Shown here piece by piece: positions 12,236 through 24,535 of a stretch of DNA of 64,000 bases (positions are counted from its first letter, which is position 1; each line of letters begins with the position of its first letter). Position numbers and translations under genes: made by a program. The DNA comes from Macrostomum lignano (taxonomy: Eukaryota), in NCBI GenBank assembly GCA_002269645.1, contig NIVC01003790.1, positions 12,599 to 76,598 of the forward strand, in the 5' to 3' direction. The notes beneath the pieces were generated by a model. It saw nothing but the letters and a program-made list of their open reading frames with translations, made no database searches and was not told the DNA's origin.

Positions 12236-15200
12236 ATGAGCAGCAGCTGCCAGGCAAACCAGCTGCCATTGTCAGCCAAGAAGCGCCAGAATGGCGCGCC
12301 CACCGCCGCCCATACTCAAGAGCCAGCTCTGCCAGAACTTGGCCCGGGCGCCAGAATTTGCGCCATGGCAACCTGCTCTACTGCGGCGCTGCAAAATTTT
12401 TTACTTAGCGCAGGCGCTGGCGCCGCCATTTGCTCGTCATCATCGGCGCCCGCTTCGGCCAGCTGCTCGCCCTGCAAACCTCCGCCTGTCTGTGCTCGCA
12501 ACAATTTGACAGCGGCGTCGACTACAAAGACGAATACGGCGGCAACTGCGGGATCGTCGGCTTCGTCTGGCGCGTCAGCTGATTCGTCGGAGTCGCCGAC
12601 GCCGGAGCTGCTGCTGTCAGATGAAGAAGCCGAGGTGAGCGTCGGAGGAAATCAACTGTCTGGTGTGGTGCTGTGAACTGATAAGCTGACGAGGCATCGG
12701 GGTAATCCAAAGACAGCCAAGTTACTCCCGCTGGCTGTGTGGCTTTTTTATAAAAGTATTACCTTTATTTAGTATTATGGACATGACAGTATCAGAATTT
12801 GAAACTTTCTGTTCTTTTTCGTTTCTGCTCTCTCCAGGTGTGCCCCCGTGATCCCACAGGATTCTCTCTCTCTCTCTCCAGGTGTGCCCCCGCGATCCCA
12901 CAGGATTCTCTCTCTCTCTCCAGGTGTGCCCCCGCGATCCCACAGGATTCTCTCTCTCTCTCCAGGTGTGCCCCCGCGATCCCACAGGATTCTCTCTCCA
13001 GGCCCCCGTAATCCCACAGGATTCTCTCTCCAGGCCCCCGTGATCCCACAGGATTCTCTCTCCAGGCCCCCGTGATCCCACAGGATTCTCTCTCTCCAGG
13101 TGTGCCCTGTGATCCCACAGGTTTCTCTCTCCAGGTGTGCCCTGTGATCCCACAGGTTTCTCTCTCTTCAGGTGTGCCCCGTGATCCCATAGGTTTCTCT
13201 CTCTCCAGGTGTGCCCCGTGATCCCACAGGTTTCTCTCTCCAGGTGTGCCCCGTGATCCCATAGGTTTCTCTCTCTCCAGGTGTGCCCCGTGATCCCACA
13301 GGTTTCTCTCTCCAGGTGTGCCCCCGTGATCCCACAGGATTCTCTCTCTCCAGGTGTGCCCCCGTGATCCCACAGGATTCTCTCTCTCTCTCTCCAGGTG
13401 TGCCCCCGCGATCCCACAGGATTCTCTCTCTCTCTCCAGGTGTGCCCCCGCGATCCCACAGGATTCTCTCTCTCTCTCCAGGTGTGCCCCCGCGATCCCA
13501 CAGGATTCTCTCTCCAGGCCCCCGTAATCCCACAGGATTCTCTCTCCAGGCCCCCGTGATCCCACAGGATTCTCTCTCCAGGCCCCCGTGATCCCACAGG
13601 ATTCTCTCTCTCCAGGTGTGCCCTGTGATCCCACAGGTTTCTCTCTCCAGGTGTGCCCTGTGATCCCACAGGTTTCTCTCTCTTCAGGTGTGCCCCGTGA
13701 TCCCATAGGTTTCTCTCTCTCCAGGTGTGCCCCGTGATCCCACAGGTTTCTCTCTCCAGGTGTGCCCCGTGATCCCATAGGTTTCTCTCTCTCCAGGTGT
13801 GCCCCGTGATCCCACAGGTTTCTCTCTCCAGGTGTGCCCCCGCGATCCCACAGGATTCTCTCTCTCCAGGTGTGCCCCCGTGATCCCACAGGATTCTCTC
13901 TCTCCAGGTGTGCCCTGTGATCCCACAGGATTCTCTCTCTCCAGGTGTGCCCCGTGATCCCACAGGATTCTCTCTCCAGGTGTGCCCCGTGATCCCACAG
14001 GATTCTCTCTCCAGGTGTGCCCCGTGATCCCACAGGATTCTCTCCCCAGGTGTGCCCCCGTGATCCCACAGGATTCTCTCTCTCCAGGTGTGCCCCGTGA
14101 TCCCACAGGTTTCTCTCTCTCCAGGTGTGCCCCATGATCCCACAGGATTCTCTCTCTCCAGGTGTGCCCCCGTGATCCCACAGGATTCTCTCTCTCCAGG
14201 TGTGCCCCCGTGATCTCACAGGATTCTCTCTCTCCAGGTGTGCCCCCGTGATCCCACAGGATTCTCTCTCTCCAGGTGTGCCCCCGTGATCCCCGCTATT
14301 TCTCTCCAGGTGTGCCCCCGTGATCGCACAGGATTCTCTCTCTCCAGGTGCACCCCGTGATCCCACAGGTTTCTCTCTCCAGGTGTGCCCCCGTGATCCC
14401 CGCTATTTCTAAAAGTATGCGCGACTAATCAAACGTCATTCTCCCATCGTTGTCAAATAACCGCGCAGTCCAAGACGCAGCCCGGAGCCGCCGATGACGC
14501 CTGCCGCTGCCGGTCCTGCCGATCCCGACGCGCCGCCCAGCGGGTCCGCCGGGGCCTCGACCGGCCGAAGCTGCAGCCCGAGGCGGAGGCCCGCCTGACC
14601 GCCCTTGCCGACTGGCTGGCCGAACGGGACCCCGGCGCTCTCTATTCGGCCGCAGAAGAGTTGGGTAGGCAACTGGCGCGCGAGGCCGGCGCCAGGCTGG
14701 CCGAGGCGCTGAAAAAGCTGGCGCCAACTGGCGAGTACAACCGAGACTGCTGCCGCTCCATGACCCGGATACTGCGCGAAGAATACGAACGGATGCGTAA
14801 GGATGCCACTAGGCAGGCTGCGGTTCTCAAGTCGTTGGATACTGCTCATCTCACACAGTGCGGCCTCAGCTGGCAGTTCCTGTGCGAGCACTGGTTCCAG
14901 AGCCTGGCCTACGGTTGCGCCGAGCTGCGCCAGCTGCAGAACATCATGATGGAGCGCCTGAAGCCCCGGCCGGAGGATCGGGAGACCCCGTCGCCTATGA
15001 AGCTCTACTTAGAGCTGGACGCGAACATGTCGGAGGCTGAGAGTCGATGGCGGCTGGTCCGGCCCCGCCTGCAGAATTGGCGGGCGCAGCACTGCGCCGT
15101 CGGCTTCAGTGGCCTGGCTGAGGAGCTGGCCGGCACTCTGCTCACTGATGAATCTGTTGTACAGCAGCTGTACAAACTGCACGTGCAGAGCTCTAGCGAG

Positions 15201-17624
15201 ACGCCTGCTCAGACTTACACCTGCACCAAGTGCAACAAAACTCTTTGCGGCTGCTATATGTGCTCATTTACACACTGCGTCACCTGCGGCTTCGAGGAGG
15301 CCGGCGGAGGCGGCGACGGCGCCGGCAGCAGCAGCGGCGGAGGACGGCGTCGCAAGCGGCACAGCGACGTTGAACTGCGCGGCTGCTGCTCATCTGGCGA
15401 GGAAGAAGCTGCCGACGCTGCGGGCGACTCCACCGACGCCCATCGCCGTAAAACCGACATCGCCGCCGCCCTGGTTTCGTCTTCGCTGTGCAAGTCGACG
15501 TCGGCTACTGACGCCGCCGTCGTGTCGTCAAATTCAAAGGGCGGCGGCGGCGGCAGCGGCTGCTGCGCCTTTTACTCCGAGGCCGAGGAGTTCATCAAGG
15601 GCAGCAGCGGCGGCCGGTGCCAACATCAGCACCTGCTGCTGGACGCTGCCCAATACCCGCAGAATTATCAGGTGCCGCAGCATCAGCATTCGCATCATCA
15701 GCCAGCAGCTTCTGACGCCGACAAGGCAACAGGAGACTCGACAACTGGCAACGAAAATGGCCGATTCTGCGACTGCTGCTACTGCGAGGTGTTCGGCCAC
15801 AGCGGCGGACAGCAGCCGGCTGTGCCGCCAAAATTTTTTGAGAAGCGCGAACAGTTGCGCTCGAAATTGCTCCGCAAAAAGCAGCAGTCGAAGCAGGGGC
15901 AGCAGAAGCATCAGCAGCAGCAGCAGCAGCCCGAGCCTCCAAATGACGCTGCTGGTGTCGGTGGCGGCGTGGGAGCGATTTGCCAATCGTCATCGACCGA
16001 TATCGACGCTTTAGTGGAGTTCATTGAGGGCGCCAAGGCTGGCAAGGAGCGCGCAGCGAAACGCGAAGCGAAGAAAACCCGGCAGAAGGCGGCGCGCAAA
16101 GCGGCTGAACCAGCAGCCACGTCGCCGGCAGCTGGTCGCCAGCGGCAGCAGCAGCAACGTCAGCGAGATGTTGAAAATCAGACTCCAGTTCGAGGCGGCA
16201 AGCTTCAAGATGCAGCAGACCCCAACAGCGGCAATGGCAGGTCAGCTAACGGAGACAGACAGCGGATGCTGGGCCGCCAGGAACTTGGTAATTTTACACT
16301 CTAGCTTTTTTCTTTGTTTTATTTAATAAATTAAAATTTACGATACTCATCACATTCGGAACATTTTCTCTTTTATCCTAAACTTCCGTTCTTCAATCCT
16401 GAACTTCCGTTCTTCAATCCTAAACTTCCGTTCTTCAATCCTGAACTTCCGTTTTTCTATCTTGAACTTCGGTTCTTCAATCCTGAACTTCCGTTTTTCT
16501 ATCTTGAACTTCGGTTCTTCAATCCTGAACTTCCGTTCTTCAATCCTGAACTTCCGTTCTTCAATCCTGAACTTCCGTTTTTCTATCTTGAACTTCGGTT
16601 CTCCAATCCTGAACTTCCGTTCTTCAATCCTGAACTTCTTCCGTTCTTCAATCCTGAACTTCTTCCGTTCTTCAATCCTGAACTTCCGTTCTTCAATCCT
16701 GAACTTCCGTTCTTCAATCCTGAACTTCCGTTCTTCAATCCTGAACTTCCGTTCTTTTATCCTGAACTTCCGTTCTTCAATCCTGAACTTCCGTTCTTCA
16801 ATCCTGAACTTCCGTTCTTTTATCTTGAACTTCGGTTCTTCAATCCTGAACTTCCGTTCCTCTATCCTGAACTTCCTTTCTTCTATCCTGAACTGCCGCT
16901 TTATCCTGAACTTCCGTTTCTCTATCCTGAACTTTGCTTTTCTATCCTGATCTTCCGCTCTTCTATCCTGAACTGCCGCTCTATCCTGAACTTCCGTTCT
17001 ATCCTGAACTTCCGCTCTTGTATCCTGAACTTTCGTTCTTCTATCCTGAACTTTCACTCTTCTATCCTGAACTTTCGCTCTTCTATCCTGAATTTCGGTT
17101 TTTCTCCTGAACTTTCGCACCTCTATCCTGAACTAAGTTGATCTCACGCACTCTTTACAGAAGGCTTAAACCGGCGCGATGACCTTGACGACGACCAGCT
17201 GTTCGATGACGACGATGTTGACCCTGTGGTTGAGCAGTTCAAAAGGTGAGCCTATTATGACGCGTCAGTTCACTCAGTACACTCAAAAGTGACCCAGTAC
17301 ACTCAACAGTGACCCAGTACACTCAACAGTGACCCAGTACACTCAACAGTCACCCAGTACACTCAACAGTCACCCAGTACACTCAACAGTGACCTAGTAC
17401 ACTCAACAGTGACCTAGTGCACTCAACAGTGACCTAGTGCACTCAACAGTGACCCAGTACACTCAACAGTGACCCAGTACACTCAACAGTCACCCAATAC
17501 ACTCAACAGTCACCCATGGCTCTGTATCCGAATTTGCAGTTTTGTGATGAACTGCCAGACGCCAAAGGAGCGCCAAAAAGTGCGACTGGACTTGGACAGC
17601 TTGTCAATGTTAATGAAAAAGTGA
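12236..17624 (+). CDS. FAM193A: FAM193A/B-like protein, ~795 aa; exons 12236-12634, 14469-16287, 17161-17245, 17540-17624
   Basis: GT-AG junctions with matching phases (0,1,2); total 2388 nt = 796 codons. Motifs LAERDPGALY, FCDCCYCEVFGH, EKREQLRSKL, DIDALVEFIEG..AAKREAKK and VEQFKSFVMNC match recalled FAM193 conserved blocks. AATAAA at 17713. The start codon in exon 1 is less certain. Confidence 0.85.
12828..14410. repeat. ~35-37-bp minisatellite (ccccgtgatcccacaggattctctctctccaggtgtg) in FAM193A intron 1
   Basis: About 40+ visible copies with variable (ct)n length. Confidence 0.95.
16370..17135. repeat. ~21-bp minisatellite (cttccgttcttcaatcctgaa) in FAM193A intron 2
   Basis: Directly visible; explains ORFs 16350-17120 and 16462-16950. 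Confidence 0.95.
17272..17516. repeat. 20-bp minisatellite (gacccagtacactcaacagt) in FAM193A intron 3
   Basis: About 12 visible copies. Confidence 0.95.
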
Positions 17625-18269
17625 ACAGCATCTGAACTTTTTTTCTTGGTCTGCAACACAGTTTGAAGCAAGCTGTCCTGCAGAAGGCACTAGAATTATT
17701 AGAAATATATTTAATAAAATTATTTCTTTTATTTAGTTATTTTATTAGAACTCTTGTTAACAAAAAGTTGAAAAACCTGCTTGCTAATCGAGGACAGACA
17801 ACTCTTACTAATTAGCCTGGGTATGCTGTGAAATTCAAGGCTAATAATTTCCTCTTTTGTACCTAGACTTGCATCCCCGTTTTTTTGGTTTGAAAAAAAT
17901 TTAAATCAGTTTATTGCTCCTCATCATTTAGTATATTTTGTATTGAAGGATAGGCCTTCGAATATTGGATTTATTGTGCTCAGTAGCGTCTCACCTGCTC
18001 CCTGATATTTTGTGTGTACGCAATTAAAAGTACATCTCAGCTGCCCTGTCCGTGTGTGCTACTAACACTACTATTATTATTATTTATTTACGATTGGTAA
18101 ATTAGTGAGCTGCTGTGTTTATTTTTATTAGTTAGACCGTTTTTTTCAACCAGTATGTAAATATTTATCGCTTTTGCGTCTCCGCTCCACCTGACTGTTG
18201 GCCCACAGACTCTGTTGGGGAGGGGCCGGAGTCCTTTATTGTCGGCTTGGTTTGCGCTTTGGCAACTCT

Positions 18270-19560
18270 TTGTCTTGTCTGTCCTGTCCGCCTCTGTATG
18301 TCCGCCTGCTTGTCTTGTCTGTCATGTCCGCCTGCTTATCTTGTCTGTCATGTCCGCCTGCTTGTCTTGTCTGTTCTGTCCGCCTCTGTATGTCCGCCTG
18401 CTTGTCTTGTCTGTCATGTCCGCCTCTGTATGTCCGCCTGCTTGTCTTGTCTGTCCTGTCCGCCTCTGTATGTCCGCCTGCTTGTCTTGTCTGTCCTGTC
18501 CGCCTCTGTATGTCCGCCTGCTTGTCTTGTCTGTCCTGTCCGCCTCTGTATGTCCGCCTGCTTGTCTTGTCTGTCATGTCCGCCTGCTTGTCTTGTCTGT
18601 CATGTCCGCCTGCTTGTCTTGTCTGTCATGTCCGCCTCTGTATGTCCGCCTGCTTGTCTTGTCTGTTCTGTCCGCCTCTGTATGTCCGCCTGCTTGTCTT
18701 GTCTGTTCTGTCCGCCTCTGTATGTCCGCCTGCTTGTCTTGTCTGTTCTGTCCGCCTCTGTATGTCCGCCTGCTTGTCTTGTCTGTTCTGTCCGCCTCTG
18801 TATGTCCGCCTGCTTGTCTTGTCTGTCATGTCCGCCTGCTTGTCTTGTCTGTCATGTCCGCCTGCTTGTCTTGTCTGTCATGTCCGCCTCTGTATGTCCG
18901 CCTGCTTGTCTTGTCTGTCCTGTCCGCCTGCTTATCTTGTCTGTCATGTCCGCCTGCTTATCTTGTCTGTCATGTCCGCCTCTGTATGTCCGCCTGCTTG
19001 TCTTGTCTGTCATGTCCGCCTGCTTGTCTTGTCTGTCATGTCCGCCTGCTTGTCTTGTCTGTCATGTCCGCCTCTGTATGTCCGCCTGCTTGTCTTGTCT
19101 GTCCTGTCCGCCTGCTTATCTTGTCTGTCATGTCCGCCTGCTTATCTTGTCTGTCATGTCCGCCTCTGTATGTCCGCCTGCTTGTCTTGTCTGTTCTGTC
19201 CGCCTGCTTATCTTGTCTGTCATGTCCGCCTGCTTATCTTGTCTGTCATGTCCGCCTCTGTATGTCCGCCTGCTTGTCTTGTCTGTCCTGTCCGCCTGCT
19301 TATCTTGTCTGTCATGTCCGCCTGCTTATCTTGTCTGTCATGTCCGCCTCTGTATGTCCGCCTGCTTGTCTTGTCTGTTCTGTCCGCCTGCTTATCTTGT
19401 CTGTCATGTCCGCCTGCTTATCTTGTCTGTCCTGTCCGCCTCTGTATGTCCGCCTGCTTGTCTTGTCTGTTCTGTCCGCCTGCTTATCTTGTCTGTCATG
19501 TCCGCCTGCTTGTCTGTTTGTCATGTCTGTCTGTGTATGTCTGCCTGCCTGCCTGTCTGT
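18270..19560. repeat. Composite minisatellite (tgtccgcctgcttgtcttgtctgtca interleaved with tgtccgcctctgta)
   Basis: Two subunits in irregular order; explains ORFs 18198-19692. Confidence 0.95.
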
Positions 19561-20264
19561 CTTAGTGTCTGTCTGCCTGTCTGTCTGCTTGTGTCCGTCT
19601 GTTTGCCTGCGTGCCCTGTATGTTTTTATACTGTTTCTTCGTGTTTTCAAATTTTTCAGCCACTGTTCACTACCCGCTCACTAGACTACTAATAGCTGTT
19701 GGCTAGTAGTATGCGTTGAGAATTTCGACTTCGCCTTCTCTCATACAGATTGTTCACTTTACGTGCAGTGATGAAATTGACATCTTGTTGTGTAGTTGGT
19801 AAACAATCATTGCACCATCGGTGTTCATAGTGTCTAAATGCTGGGTTTTTTAAAGTTAATTTTATTTGTTTAAATGCTGACTTGTGCATAAGAGTTTTCC
19901 CCTCATTTTTAAAATTACTGCGAGCTGGCTAATGCGAAATTCTCTATTGACGAGCCCTGCCAGTTATTGTACTTTCACTCCGTTTTTTGTGCTTACATGA
20001 ATGAAGACTTTATAAATTTGAAGTGAGGCGGCTTTGCAAAAATGTTATAACTGCCGCCTGCGCTGCTCGCGATTGGGTTAGAAATCTTTGTAGCTCAGCC
20101 TTCTTTTTATATAAATATACATACTGCAGCCCTATCTGCCCGGAACAAAGTGAAGCTGTTTTTTTACAATAAAAATGCCTAATTTACACTTTTACCTGCC
20201 TTCTGGCATTGGCTTCTTGTTTCATTTCTTTGCCTTTCTTTTCAACTGAGCACAGTTTGTGTCA

Positions 20265-22200
20265 CGCTGCAGTTAGCACACGGGATGTTAGTGAGGCAGT
20301 GCTAATCACACTGCAGTTAGCACACGGGATGTTAGTGAGGCAGTGCTAATCACACTGCAGTTAGCACACGGGATGTTAGTGAGGCAGTGCTAATCACACT
20401 ACAGTTAGCACACGGGATGTTAGTGAGGCAGTGCTAATCACACTGCAGTTAGCACACGGGATGTTAGTGAGGCAGTGCTAATCACACTGCAGTTAGCACA
20501 CGGGATGTTAGTGAGGCAGTGCTAATCACACTGCAGTTAGCACACGGGATGTTAGTGAAGCAGTGCTAATCAGACTGCAGTTAGCACACAGGATGTTAGT
20601 GAAGCAGTGCTAATCAGACTGCAGTTAGCACACAACAAGTTAGTGAAGCAGTGCTAATCACACTGCAGTTAGCACACGGGATGTTAGTGAGGCAGTGCTA
20701 ATCACACTGCAGTTAGCACACAGGAAGTTAGTGAGGCAGTGCTAATCACACTGCAGTTAGCACACGGATGTTAGTGAAGCAGTGCTAATCACACTGCAGT
20801 TAGCACACGGGATGTTAGTGAGGCAGTGCTAATCACACTGCAGTTAGCACACGGGATGTTAGTGAGGCAGTGCTAATCACACTGCAGTTAGCACACAGGA
20901 AGTTAGTGAAGCAGTGCTAATCACACTGCAGTTAGCACACGGGATGTTAGTGAGGCAGTGCTAATCAGACTGCAGTTAGCACACGGATGTTAGTGAAGCA
21001 GTGCTAATCAGACTGCAGTTAGCACACGGGATGTTAGTGAAGCAGTGCTAATCAGACTGCAGTTAGCACACAGGAAGTTAGTGAAGCAGTGCTAATCACA
21101 CTGCAGTTAGCACACGGGATGTTAGTGAAGCAGTGCTAATCAGACTGCAGTTAGCACACAGGAAGTTAGTGAAGCAGTGCTAATCACACTGCAGTTAGCA
21201 CACGGGATGTTAGTGAGGCAGTGCTAATCACACTGCAGTTAGCACACAGGAAGTTAGTGAAGCAGTGCTAATCACACTGCAGTTAGCACACGGGATGTTA
21301 GTGAAGCAGTGCTAATCACACTGCAGTTAGCACACGGGATTTTAGTGAGGCAGTGCTAATCACACTGCAGTTAGCACACAGGAAGTTAGTGAAGCAGTGC
21401 TAATCAGACTGCAGTTAGCACACGGGATGTTAGTGAAGCAGTGCTAATCAGACTGCAGTTAGCACACAGGATGTTAGTGAAGCAGTGCTAATCACACTGC
21501 AGTTAGCACACAGGAAGTTAGTGAAGCAGTGCTAATCACACTGCAGTTAGCACACGGGATGTTAGTGAGGCAGTGCTAATCACACTGCATTTAGCACACG
21601 GATGTTAGTGAGGCAGTGCTAATCAGACTGCAGTTAGCACACAGGAAGTTAGTGAAGTAGTGCTAATCACACTGCAGTTAGCACACGGGATGTTAGTGAG
21701 GCAGTGCTAATCACACTGCAGTTAGCACACGGATGTTAGTGAGGCAGTGCTAATCACACTGCAGTTAGCACACGGGATGTTAGTGAAGCAGTGCTAATCA
21801 GACTGCAGTTAGCACACAGGATGTTAGTGAAGCAGTGCTAATCAGACTGCAGTTAGCACACAACAAGTTAGTGAAGCAGTGCTAATCACACTGCAGTTAG
21901 CACACGGGATGTTAGTGAGGCAGTGCTAATCACACTGCAGTTAGCACACAGGAAGTTAGTGAAGTAGTGCTAATCACACTGCAGTTAGCACACGGGATGT
22001 TAGTGAGGCAGTGCTAATCACACTGCAGTTAGCACACGGATGTTAGTGAGGCAGTGCTAATCACACTGCAGTTAGCACACGGGATGTTAGTGAGGCAGTG
22101 CTAATCAGACTGCAGCTAGCACACGGGATGTTAGTGAGGCAGTGCTAATCACACTGCAGTTAGCACACGGGATGTTAGTGAGGCAGTGCTAATCAGACTA
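20265..22200. repeat. 44-bp minisatellite with internal dyad symmetry
   Basis: Unit cactgcagttagcacacgggatgttagtgaggcagtgctaatca, ~44 contiguous copies with no spacers; ttagcac/gtgctaa and gcagtg/cactgc are inverted pairs. Confidence 0.95.
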
Positions 22201-22829
22201 GGTTTATCGCAGTCAACTTGGCTCGAATATTATTCATAATCTTTTCTGTCATTTGGTAGCTCAGACGTACCTACTAAAAGTGCGACTCTGTGTATCTATG
22301 CAATACTCTAAGGCATGTAAGTCCTTAGAATTTTTTAGAATTTCTGTCGTGGATTTCAGGTAGTTACCTGAAAATTCTGTTTGTCTGTCTGAATTGCATT
22401 TTGATAAAAAATGCATAAATAAAGGTTATCTTTCTGCAGCACAGTATGCATAGGAATTATAAGGTAGACAGAACTGCAAGCTCACAGAGAATGTGTAATA
22501 AACTAAAATGTTTTAGAAAAGTAGAAGTAGAACTTTTGTTAAACTTAGTTATCGTTAGTTGTGCGCTATTGTTAGAGTTTTCTAGTCTCAGAAAATGAAC
22601 CGCTCAAAAAGAAGCAAAAAAGAAGGCAATAGAAAAGTCCAAAACAAGAATTGCTTGAATTATCGGCCTGCCTTGCAACTGGCGGTTTTACACACCTACA
22701 GCTGCAATGATATCAAACTGGTAGGCACATATCTGTATGACAGTCAACCCTTCAATTTTGGAGGGGACACGAACATTTGTATCCTAATTAGGATGGCAGC
22801 TCAACATCTCATACGAGTACAAGACACAA

Positions 22830-22935
22830 GGGGTTGTAGCCTAGTGCTCCGAGCATCGGACTCAAGACTGAAAGGTTGGTGCTTCGATTCACGACCCACC
22901 CGAAACAATTTTCGCATCTTTTGTAAGCTGACTAA
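22830..22935 (+). mobile_element. Truncated tRNA-head of CORE-like SINE (family B)
   Basis: gggttgtagcctagtg (A box) and gcttcgattc (B-box-like), followed by acccacccgaaacaattt as in the copies at ~44375 and ~59955. Confidence 0.6.
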
Positions 22936-23034
22936 TAGCTGTACACGTTTACTTGAGTCAGCTAGCTTAGTTTAGACAATTTCATTGCTAAAATCTTCAA
23001 CCTTTCTGACTATAACGACGACTTCAAACGACTT

Positions 23035-24015
23035 TGTAACGTTTGGTTGTCTCTTGGTTGTCTCGAGGTGGCCTGGCAGGTCTTTGTATCCCACCGCTGC
23101 CACCAGTGAAGTACTTCTCCTTCTCGGGTTCTCGAAGATGTTCCTGAAAATGGAACCCGCTGCTCCTGAAGAAGCTAGATAGCACCGCAGTACTACCTAT
23201 CGATTTGCCTGAAAATGAAACTAAAACGTGCCGTTACTTGGTAGGGTTGCTGCCACCTTGGTGTGCGGACTCGACGCGTCGGCAGAGTTGTCTATCCGTC
23301 ACCTGAAAGAAAATTAACAAAGTCGCTCGGAGCAAAGGCAAATCTGAAAAATGTCTCGACAGTCGATCGTCTTAGTAAATGCTGCTCGAACCTGAAAACC
23401 TGTAAAACCTGAAATGAGAGAGGAGAGCTCGGAGGCAGAGGCTTCACGAGTTAGCCACAATGCTCCGCGAGACGACGCCGTCTGGAGAAAAATGGCTCGC
23501 AGATGCTCCGTATTTATAGCCGAGCGGACCCCCAAAAGTCACGTGAGTTTCATGCGGTGAGCGCGTGAAACTTCCTTATTTGGGCATTGGAATCATGCGA
23601 ACGACGCGTGATCCAAGGCCAACTTCCAAATAAGGCAAGCCTGTCACGCAGCAGTGGCGTGACTCAAGGTCAGTGGCCACGCACAGTGTGCGTGCACAGT
23701 CACGTGCTTAGTCTGTGCTAAAAATAGAAACGTGGGCGGATGAGTCATCCTGTTTACTCCCTCTAGGCAGCCCTTACACTCCGCGCAGGTGATGAGTCAT
23801 CCTGCTACGCCTCCTCAGCGCGAGTGGGAAGACATTGAGTGTGGCTGCCCGCGCCCGCTCAGGCGATGAGTCATCGGGCAGTAAACACTTAGGCCCAGCA
23901 CAGGGTATCTCTCTCACTAGATCAGGTGGACTGAGCCACTGTGCAGCGGATCACAGCGCCCTTAGGGAAAGCTAGTGAATGCTGCTGAATAGCCAGTTAG
24001 CAGCCAGTCACTACA
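23035..24015 (-). repeat. 3' LTR
   Basis: Direct repeat of 32891-33871 (offset 9856). Preceded on the minus strand by PPT GGACGGGGAGAG (24027-24016). Confidence 0.97.
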
Positions 24016-24535
24016 CTCTCCCCGTCCAAATTAAATTGCAGCAGCGGAACGATGATTCAATTTATTTGAAAAGAAAATCGGCTCTAACAAGGCCACTTGA
24101 GTATTTATTGCTACTAAAGAAGAAAATCAATGCGCGCCAGTCAAAAAGATGGTGTACCACTGCGAAAAAGGCAACGTGAACTACATGTCATATTAATTGC
24201 GGAATAAAATGTTGATTACATGAGACAGTTTTATAGATTAGGTTGCATAGTTGTAATAATGTGAGATATTTTAATTTTGAGATTTTTGAAAGGAAGATTT
24301 CCTGATTATTGATTTATAGATTATTTAATAAAGTATAAATGTTGTCATGTAATTTAAAGTTTTGTCGCATATAAACTACAGATGATGTCAACAGTTTAAC
24401 TTGTTTGATGGTGTTTTTAATGAAAGGTATTGATTTGAGCAAAATGACTTTTGAGTAATAAAGACAACCTTGAGCTTGCGGAAATAACGTTTCACTAATA
24501 ACGAGTTGATGAATTATTGGCCAAAAGGGATGAAG

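Noticed and set aside
12722-14366. Long ORFs (473 and 524 aa) and similar ones at 3.4-4.5, 16.3-17.1, 18.2-19.7, 41.7-42.3, 43.4-44.0, 46.7-47.5, 48.0-49.6, 50.5-51.3 and 60.8-64.0 kb as repeat proteins
   Set aside because: They are stop-free translations of tandem repeats in several frames and on both strands, and many lie in introns defined by phase-matched splice sites.
14425-16208. Antisense or alternate-frame ORFs over FAM193A, pol, PRKAR2 and CCDC78 exons
   Set aside because: These are expected shadows of GC-rich coding sequence with no independent motifs.
20265-22200. Palindromic 44-bp repeats as a CRISPR array
   Set aside because: Units are contiguous with no unique spacers, there are no cas genes, and the context is eukaryotic.
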